Shown here piece by piece: positions 55,101 through 64,000 of a stretch of 64,000 bases of DNA. The DNA is from Antedon mediterranea (taxonomy: Eukaryota; Animalia; Echinodermata): positions 24,131,237-24,195,236 of the forward strand of contig NC_092672.1 of the NCBI RefSeq assembly GCF_964355755.1, given 5' to 3'. The notes under the pieces were generated by a model. It searched no databases. It saw only the letters and a list, made by a program, of their open reading frames with translations, and was not told the origin of the DNA. The stretch's first letter is position 1. Each line of letters starts with the position of its first letter. The position numbers were made by a program, and so were the translations under genes.

Positions 55101-58100
55101 TAATAGGATGACATACATCAACATTTTCCGATTGTAATTTTGTATGTTAACATACGTGCATGTTTAAAAAATATGAATGTCAATAAAATGATAAAATGAT
55201 CACCTATAATTCGTCAAAGTGACGAATTAAATTCTAGTTATTATTATTATTCTTCTTTCTGTACACTTTTTGTTTAGCAATTATCTCAAAAAGTTGAATA
55301 ACAATGATCACAAAAATTTGACAATGTCTTTCAAATACTTTAACTTAGCCATAATAAGCTTTTCAGCGTGATCACTCAACCGTTACGTCACGTATACGCG
55401 ATTTTGTGAAATCACACTATCAATCATATCTCCATAACTCTTTATCACATATCAATAAAATTCACTATACGTAAACTTCAGGTGAAGGGTAAAAATATTA
55501 ACAAATAAAAACTTACGTGTTTCAAGGTCATGCACGTGAAATTGCACGTTAAAAATTGAAAAAGCTCCAAATTAAGTTTTGATCATTTTAGAGCATAAAT
55601 TAGGCCATTTGCGTGTTTTAAAAAATTAATGCGCAAAAACACGTTTTTGCGCGTGCGTACATAGAAAGCGTACAAAAATATCATTTTTTTGTACAAATTC
55701 CATTCTACTCATCTTCCTTAGTACATTCACCAAATTTGAGTCCATTCAGACTTAAAATAACGCTATACGAGCACGTTAAAAATGACAAAATGCGCACATT
55801 AATTGTACAAAAGTGCTAAAAATTGTAAAAAGTAGGGCCTTTTTAAAATGAATATAACTCTTCAGAATGGAAGATGACCCCTAATTTTTTTAACTTAATA
55901 TGGAAGCCAATAAGTTCTAGATATAAATGTATATACACATTAGACGTACAAAATGGTATGACGTCATCAAATGGCCACTTCAATTAAAAAATTAGTAATT
56001 TTTTTCTTTTTGTGTGGGTTATCACATTCAATAGAGCGCATCTCCATTATTTGAACCCGATTTTCGCAGAAATTTTAGTATGTGCTTGCTCAATTAATTA
56101 TCTTTCTCATGAGTTGTCAACATTTTTATTTTGATGACTTCATCACGCGTAAAAACTTGAATAAACTAGGTCGTGTAATTTCAGCTACACCATACATTTG
56201 AATATCTTATAGCTCTTTAGAATTAAAGGTAACCTTGAAGATTATAACTTATTATGAAAGCGGAAAGTGCGCGAGTAAACGGCGTTTGAAAATTTAAAAT
56301 GCTCTAAATCAATTTCTGATTAAATTAGAGCACGATTCAGGTCATTTTAAGCGTTTGAAAAATTGCCACCAGGTGCGCACATTTTTACGCGCGCACGGCG
56401 CAGGAAACACGTATGAGCATTTCTTTTGCACGATTTGAGTTTTTCAATCTTCGGTTAACAATTTTACGTTATTTTATTCACTTTTCAACTTCAAATGGCG
56501 TTCTACGAGCACGTTAAACATGACTGGTTGCGCACGTAAAATGTTAAAAAATTGTGAAAATGTTGCAAAATATGTATACTTTTAAAAGTGACACAGTTCA
56601 TCAGAATGCAAGGTTACCCCCATTTTTTATTTTATTTTCTTGCAGTGTATGAATCATAGGTCTGATTTATTATAGTGTTGAATGTTAAAACGTGTTTAAT
56701 GGCTACATTATTTGCATATTAAATATAATTTTTGAAATTTTTATCATCAAACAAACATAAACGTTTTCAAAGAGCAAAACAATAAACATAACGTTTATCT
56801 TTTTTCTTCACATGTTAATATATAAAACTTAAAAGTATGCACTTTCATAATATGTCACTGTTTAAAATTTTTGAAGATTTCATCATAGTAAAAATTATGA
56901 TTTAGTTTGCTAAGTAATAATCTATTTGCATCGAGTGGTTCACGACATACCGAATGAACGAGTAAACTTTCTTCGGATTTCCTTCGGCAGGTGCTCATAT
57001 GGCTCGATGTGTCGTGCAACCGACTTTGGTATCAGAGGTATCGGGTTCAAATCCCGTCACGGGAAAACATTTAATTAAATGGATTTATTTGGTTATTACA
57101 CTGAAAGGGCAGTTTTAATTTCGAAAAAAAAAAATTTGGAAAATTCATAACTGAGAAGTACTTGAATACGCAAGGTACGTTTTGTTGCGGGCGGATAACC
57201 AAACTCGTCCTGAAGTGACGAGTTTAAGTTCTAGTTATTGTTATTATTCTTCTTTCTGTACACTTTTTGTTTAGCAATTATCTCAAAAAGTTGAATAACA
57301 ATGATCACAAAAATTTCACAATGTCTTTCAAATACTTTAACTTAGCCATAATAAGCTTTTCAGCGTGATCACTCAACCGTGACGTCACGTATACGCGATT
57401 TTGTGAAATCACATTATCAATCATATCTCCATAACTCTTTATCACATATCAATAAAATTCACTATACGTAAACTTCAGGTGAAGGGTAAAAATATTAACA
57501 AATAAAAACTTACGTGTTTTAAGGTTATGCACGTGAAATCGCGCGTTAAAATTTTAAAAAGCTCAAAATTAAGTTTTGATCAATTTAGAGCATGAAATAG
57601 GCCATTTGCGTGTTTTAAAAAATTACTGCGCAAAAATATATTTTTGCGCACGGGATTTTTAAAAAGCGTAAAAAATAAAATTTGATGTATACATCACATT
57701 CTACTCATAATCCTTAGTACAATCTCCGACTTTGAGTCCATTCAGACTTAAAATAACGCTATACGAGCACGTTAAAAATGACAAAATGCGCACATTAATT
57801 GTACAAAAGTGCTAAAAATGGTAAAAAGTAGGGCCTTTTTAAAATGAATATAACTCTTCAGAATGAAAGATGACCCCCAATTTTTTTAACTTAATATGGA
57901 AGCAAATGAGTTGTAGATATAAATGTATATACACATTAGACGTACAAAATGGTATTACGTCATCAAATGGCCACTTGAATTTAAAAATTAGGATTTTTTT
58001 CCGTTTTGTGTAGGTTATCACATTCAATTGCGCGCATCTCCGCTATTTGAGCTCGATTTTTGCACAAATTTCAGTGTGTGCTTGCTTAATTATTTATCTT

Positions 58101-58890
58101 TCTCATATGTTGTCAACATTTTCATTTTGATGACGTCATCACGCGTAAAAACTTAATAACGTAGGTCGTGTAATTTCACCTTCGCCGTAAATTTGAATAT
58201 TTTACAGCTCTTCAGAATTGAAGGTTACCTTGATGATTATAATTTATTATGAAAGCTGATGAAATGTAGATATGAATTCATATAAAAATTAAGCCTATCG
58301 GATGTTGTGATGTTATCATATGGCCAGTTGAAGTTAAAAAGTAGTTTTTAAATTTCGTTAGTCGTAGTTAATCAAATTTCAAAGACCGCGCATTGCGCTT
58401 CTACGTGTCAAATTCTCTTCCTATCCTTATATTTATTTGCTCAATTCATTATCTTTTGAAATTGTCATCTTCGAGTTTATTTTGATAATTCCATCATACC
58501 AAAAAATTAGAACATGATGTGGGTCCCGTAATTTCACCTATGCTACACTGTATATAGATATACAGTATATACTGTACATATTGTATATGACACATAATAG
58601 GTACAACTCAGCGCTATAAGTGTATATGCATCATGTCATAGGATGGCGTACATCAACTTTTTACGATCGTATGTTAACGTACGTGCATGTTTAAAAAATG
58701 TTAATTTCATTAAAATGATAAAAATGATCACCTATAATTCGTCAAAGTGACGAATTAAATTCTAGTTAGGTGATCATTTAGAATAAAATGATCACCTATT
58801 GTTATTGTACAAAATCTTTATTATTAGGTGATCATTTAGAATAAAATGATCACCTATTGTTATTGTACAAAATCTTTATTATTATTGTTA
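52153..58890 (+). mobile_element. Further family-A units (ends at 53675, 55238, 58766), an A/B chimera (55239-57235) and two stacked A heads (58767, 58825)
   Basis: Same termini and core as above. Switch from A to B sequence at ~56261. Confidence 0.88.
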
Positions 58891-60014
58891 TTGGTTATCC
58901 GCCTCAAGCGGATAAGCATTTGTTATTGTAGTGTTACTTTTTTTTTTTTTTTATTATTCTTCTTTCTTTCTCAGATTTTGTGCACGCGTTTTCTCTTCAA
59001 CGTGTTAACATAACATGTTGTAACTTGGTCAACATTTAGACATTTAACTGAAGATGTTCAGCCAAGCTTTTGGACGCTGTCAGATCTGCGTAGCGTAAGT
59101 CACGCGCGATTTTCTGAAAATCTTAAATCGGTCATAACTTCGAAACCGATAAATATTTTTTAACGAAATTTTCAGCCACGTTTTCTTCACATCAATGGCT
59201 AACTTTTGGAATGTTTAACAAATTTTTGGAGATTAGAAAGTTTTCGCGTAAATTGAGTTTGAAATATTTTACTCTTCTTATTTTGTGCACGCTGTTTCTC
59301 TTCAACGTGTAAACATAATATGTTGTAACTTGTTCAGCATTTAGACATTTTACTGAAGTTGTCCAGCCAAGCTTTTTGACGATGTCAGAGCCGCGTAGCG
59401 TAAGTTACGCGTGATTTTCTGAAAATCTTAAATCGGTTATAACTTCGAAACAAATGAATATTTTTTAACGTCATTTTCAGCCACGTTTGCTTCACATCAA
59501 TAGTTAACTTTTTTAACGCTACCGCAATTTGTAACATTAGAAAGTGCGCGCGTAAATGGCGTTTGAAATTTTAAAATGCTTCAAATCAATTTCTGATTAA
59601 ATTAGAGCACGATTCAGGTCATTTTAAGCGTTTAAAAAATTGCCACTGGTGCGCACATTTTTACGCGCGCACGGCACAGGAAACACGTATGAACATTTCT
59701 TTTACACGATTTGTGTTTTTAAATCTTCGGTTAACAATTTTACGTTATTTTATTCACTTTTCAACTTGAAATGGCGTTCTACGAGCACGTTAAACATGAC
59801 AGGTTGCGCACGAAAACGTCAACAAATTGTGAAAATGTTGCAAAATATGTCTACTTTTAAAAATGAAACAGTTCATCAGAATGCAAGGTTACCCCCATTT
59901 TTTATTTTATTTTCTTGCAGTATATGAATCATAGGTGTGATTTATTATAGTCTTGAATGTTAAAAAGTGTTTGATGGCTACATTATTTGCATTTTAAATG
60001 TAATTTTTGAAATA

Positions 60015-63000
60015 TATATATATATATATATATTTTTTTTATTTTTTTTTTTTTTTCAAGAAAAAAAAATGTGTAGGCACTTTTTATCTCTATGGAGACT
60101 GATTCTCTGGTATTCCACTTGGTACTTTTATTTTTCTCATTAACCTGTCCCCAGTTTATCTGGTTTTGTTTTTGTGTTGGATTTTTACTTGTTTATATGT
60201 CATTTTCTTCCCAAATGAACCCCTGTACCGAAACATTTCCTAACCAAGATCGATTAAATAATTTAATTTTCAACCCATACGCAGACTATGATAAACATGT
60301 TCATGACTTTGACCCTGATACCAATTTCTTCTCTTCCTCTATCCAGCTCAATTGTAAGTACTATCAACCTGACCAACTAACCAACTTAATTGGAGAGCTC
60401 ATTAACGTGAAACACTTTTCTTCCTTGCATATTAATTCTAGAAGTTTACTTCATAACATTGATTCTTTCAAATTATTTTTAACCAATGTAAATTATGATT
60501 TCGATATAATTGCAGTCTCGGAAACCTGGTTGAAAGATGATAATCCATTAACCAATATCTCCAGTTATTCTTTCATTTCAAAAAACAGACTTGGGCGGGC
60601 TGGTGGAGGTGTAGGGCTGTATGTTCGAAATAACAATGTGTTCAAAGAGAGAACTGATCTTTTCCTAGACCCCTCCCTATGCGACTCCCTTTTTATTGAA
60701 CTTGAACTTGAATCCAATCAAAACATTATTGTTGGTGTAATCTATAGGGCACCATCTCTTGATACGAATGCTTTTATTGACGCTTTTGATCTCCTGTTAA
60801 ATAATCTAGCAAAAACCAACAAAAAAATTTACTTATTAGGTGATTTTAACATTGACCTACTTAAACATCAGTCCGATAATCAATCCAACAATTTTGTTAA
60901 CTCTGTCTTTAGTAATTTCCTTTTACCCTTAATCAATAGACCAACTCGTATTACCCGAACATCAGCAACATTAATTGACAACATATTATCTAATCAAATT
61001 GAATCATCAAGTCTATCTGGACTTTTCTATAGTGACATTAGTGATCATTTGCCCATTTTTAACATTACACCCTTATCAAATATACCAAACCGTCCCAAAA
61101 ACTATGTAAGCCCTAATCATACCTACAGAAAATTTAACGAAACAAATATTTCAAACATAAACAACGATTTGTCTAACATGAATTGGACTGGTGTTTATGG
61201 TACGGATGATCCTAATATTGCTTTACTTTCATTTGAAACTGAATTCAAACGACTGTATGATAAACATTTTCCAATTCAAGAGCAGTCTGCAGGGAAAAAA
61301 AAAATAAAGACCTGGATGACGGATGAACTCTTAAATTCAATAAAGCATAAACAAAAACTGTATTCCAAATCCCTCCGCTATCCGAATGACAAAAACATAA
61401 ATGAATATAAGCAATTCCGTAACTCCCTTAACTCTTTAATAAAATTAACAAAACGCGATTATTATGAAAAAAAGTTTAAGCAGCAGAAAGATAATATCAA
61501 AGGAACATGGACAATTATAAATAGTCTCATAAAAACGAATGAAAGTAAGCATTTCGAAGAGTCCACTATAAATTGCGAAGGAAACTTAACGAATGATCCC
61601 AACATAATTTCAAATCATTTAAATAATTTTTTTGTTAATATTGGACCTACTCTCGCCAAAAATATAGACACATCTAATGCAAATTTTAAAGATTACCTCC
61701 CTCCGCCATCCATAAATTCTTTATTTCTCAATCCTGTGACTGCTTTTGAGATTATGGATATTGTTATGCGCCTCAAAAATAGTAAAGCACCTGGCATTGA
61801 TGATATTAACCCGTCTATTATTAAACAACTTATCCCTTTTATTTCCGAACCCCTCTGCTACATTTTCAATCTTTGTTTTGTAAATGGCACCTTTCCTGAC
61901 ACCCTTAAACTAGCTAAAGTAACTCCTATTTTTAAAACTGGTGACAAATCTGATTCCAGTAATTACCGTCCTATATCAGTGCTACCGATCTTTTCCAAAA
62001 TACTTGAACGCCTTATTTATGATCGAACATACAATTATCTTCAAAAAAATAGTATACTTTACAATAAACAATTTGGCTTTCGTAAGAACTATAATACATC
62101 CACCGCACTTCTTCAATTAACAAATGAAATTGTTGGGGCTTTCGAGAGGGGTGAATTTGCCATTGGTATTTTCATTGACCTCTCGAAGGCCTTTGATACA
62201 ATTGATCACGATATTTTATTATATAAGTTACATACTTATGGAATCCGTGGCCCTGTATATAATTTATTCAAAAGCTACCTTTCAAACCGCAAGCAATGCA
62301 CTAAATTTAAACACACCCTTTCTGATTTTCTTCCTATTATTTGTGGAGTCCCTCAAGGTTCCCTGCTTGGGCCTCTATTATTTTTATTATACATAAATGA
62401 TATCCATAATGCCTCAAATATGTTTTCTTTTCTGTTGTATGCTGATGACACAACCCTTATTTACACTGATAAAAATATAGATTCCCTTTTTAAAATATCA
62501 ACCGAAAATCTACCCAAAATTTTAACATACTTTTCTGCAAACAAACTTTCTGTTAATCTAAAAAAGTGCTGTTGTATGGTGTTCAAAAATTCACAAATAC
62601 CACTAAATACTAGTACTTTTAAACTAAAAATTAAAGATCAATTAATACCTATTGTTGAGAAAACTAAATTTCTTGGTGTTTATCTGGACTGTAAGCTAAA
62701 TTGGAAACATCAGATTACTCAAGTCGAAAACAAAATATCCAAAAGTTCTGGTATCATATATAGATTATCATCTTTCATCCCTCAAAACATACTCCGGATT
62801 CTTTACTGTTCACTAATCCTCCCTTACCTCACTTACTGTAATATTATTTGGGGTAATACATACCCGTCCTACTTAAACAAACTGTTATTGATCCAAAAGA
62901 AAACCGTAAGATACATAGCAAATGCTCCTCCTTTATCCCATTCCAATCCTTTATTTTCTTCATTTGGTCTTCTTAAAATTCAGGATATTAACCATCTTCA

Positions 63001-63524
63001 ACAAAGTGTTTTCCTCTATTCATGGCTAAACTCGATCCTGCCATCACACTTTAATGATTTATTTAGTTTCAATCTTAATTTTCATAACCACAGTACTCGG
63101 AGCGCAAATCAAATACGTATTCCTTTTTTTAAAACTACTTCTTTTAAATATAGCATTAAGTTCACTGGTCCTAAACTTTGGGATAACGTACCAGTTAATA
63201 TAAAAAGTGCTTTGTCTAAGAAGAGTTTTTCTTTTAAATTGAAACGGCACCTCTTATCTAGTTATGTTTAATTATCCTTTCACTCATTGTAGTTTTGATA
63301 TTTAGTCTTTTCGGTACCCTGAATCTAAAAGTCTTCATTACTGTTTTTGTCCTGTTTCCGGTTCCCGTGTTGTCCTGTTTTTTTTTTTTCATTTTCTATG
63401 GGCTGCCTTATACAAGCTTTGCTTTTTAGGAATGTTGCCCCTCTTATTTCAATAATTTTTACTGCTAATTTTTATTTTCTATGAAAGACAAGAGAAATAA
63501 ATGTTACTTTGATTGATTGATTGA
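60015..63524 (+). mobile_element. 5'-truncated CR1/L2-group non-LTR retrotransposon
   Basis: EN-RT ORF. 3' UTR has AATAAA followed by a (TTGA)n tail. TTGAAATA is present at both junctions (60007-60014 and 63525-63532). No ORF1. Confidence 0.9.
60092..63271 (+). CDS. LINE ORF2: AP endonuclease + reverse transcriptase
   Basis: Endonuclease: HINSRSL, VSETWL, GGGVGLY, LGDFNID, IDNI, SDHLP. RT: NYRPISVLP, QFGFR, DLSKAFD, GVPQGSLLGP, YADDT, FLGV. The true start may be a downstream ATG (~60197 or ~60214). Confidence 0.96.
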   Translation: METDSLVFHLVLLFFSLTCPQFIWFCFCVGFLLVYMSFSSQMNPCTETFPNQDRLNNLIFNPYADYDKHVHDFDPDTNFFSSSIQLNCKYYQPDQLTNLIGELINVKHFSSLHINSRSLLHNIDSFKLFLTNVNYDFDIIAVSETWLKDDNPLTNISSYSFISKNRLGRAGGGVGLYVRNNNVFKERTDLFLDPSLCDSLFIELELESNQNIIVGVIYRAPSLDTNAFIDAFDLLLNNLAKTNKKIYLLGDFNIDLLKHQSDNQSNNFVNSVFSNFLLPLINRPTRITRTSATLIDNILSNQIESSSLSGLFYSDISDHLPIFNITPLSNIPNRPKNYVSPNHTYRKFNETNISNINNDLSNMNWTGVYGTDDPNIALLSFETEFKRLYDKHFPIQEQSAGKKKIKTWMTDELLNSIKHKQKLYSKSLRYPNDKNINEYKQFRNSLNSLIKLTKRDYYEKKFKQQKDNIKGTWTIINSLIKTNESKHFEESTINCEGNLTNDPNIISNHLNNFFVNIGPTLAKNIDTSNANFKDYLPPPSINSLFLNPVTAFEIMDIVMRLKNSKAPGIDDINPSIIKQLIPFISEPLCYIFNLCFVNGTFPDTLKLAKVTPIFKTGDKSDSSNYRPISVLPIFSKILERLIYDRTYNYLQKNSILYNKQFGFRKNYNTSTALLQLTNEIVGAFERGEFAIGIFIDLSKAFDTIDHDILLYKLHTYGIRGPVYNLFKSYLSNRKQCTKFKHTLSDFLPIICGVPQGSLLGPLLFLLYINDIHNASNMFSFLLYADDTTLIYTDKNIDSLFKISTENLPKILTYFSANKLSVNLKKCCCMVFKNSQIPLNTSTFKLKIKDQLIPIVEKTKFLGVYLDCKLNWKHQITQVENKISKSSGIIYRLSSFIPQNILRILYCSLILPYLTYCNIIWGNTYPSYLNKLLLIQKKTVRYIANAPPLSHSNPLFSSFGLLKIQDINHLQQSVFLYSWLNSILPSHFNDLFSFNLNFHNHSTRSANQIRIPFFKTTSFKYSIKFTGPKLWDNVPVNIKSALSKKSFSFKLKRHLLSSYV

Positions 63525-64000
63525 TTGAAATAATTATCATCAAACAAACATAAACATATTCAAAGAGCAAAACAATAAACATAACGTTTATCTTTTTTCT
63601 TTACATGTTAATATATAAAACTTGAAAGTATGCACTTTCATAATATGTAACTGTTTAAAATTTGTGAAGATTTCATCATAGTAAAAATTATGATTTAAGT
63701 TCATTATGTCATAATCAACTTGCATCGAGGGGGTTCACGACATACCGAATGCACGAGGACTCTTTCTTCGGATTTTCTTCAGCAGGTGCTCATATGGCTC
63801 GATGTGTAGTGCAACCGACTTTGGTATCAGATGTACCGGGTTCGAGTCCCGTCACGGGAAAACAATTAATTAAAAGGGTTTAGTTGGTTATTACACTGAG
63901 AGGGCAGTTTTAATTTTGAATAGCCTACTTTTTTTTGAAAAGTCATAACTTGGAAGTACTTGAATACGCAAGATACGCTTTGTTGCTGGCGGATAACCAA

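Larger units (their letters stand above)
58892..64000 (+). mobile_element. Family-B unit interrupted by a LINE; runs off the window end
   Basis: B head at 58892. B sequence stops at ~60014 and resumes in register at ~63525. The window ends at GGCGGATAACCAA. Confidence 0.9.

Overview
AT-rich eukaryotic (metazoan-looking, intron-containing) DNA made almost entirely of nested mobile elements. (1) A large autonomous Helentron/Helitron2-type rolling-circle element, probably 129-37530 (possibly to 39087). It encodes an intact 2568-aa protein (herpes-tegument-like deubiquitinase, OTU, HUH Rep, PIF1 helicase, AP endonuclease) and a five-exon ~301-aa OB-fold/SSB-like gene that the ORF track does not show. 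(2) A complete 14.6-kb Maverick/Polinton (21333-35957; AGTAGT termini, TIRs, 6-bp TSD TTTATT; pPolB, integrase, ATPase, protease, major and minor capsid, PC4-like and poly-SIM-like ORFs) inserted into a ~212-bp tandem repeat inside that Helentron. (3) From 37.5 kb to the end, an array of two ~1.6-kb non-autonomous Helentron-like families (A and B) with palindromic subterminal inverted repeats and a 3' hairpin + CTAG. The array is built by head-to-tail joining and by nested insertion into family A's own (TTA)n tract. (4) A 5'-truncated CR1/L2-group LINE with intact ORF2 inside the last B copy. All protein calls are from motif recognition by eye; no database searches were run.
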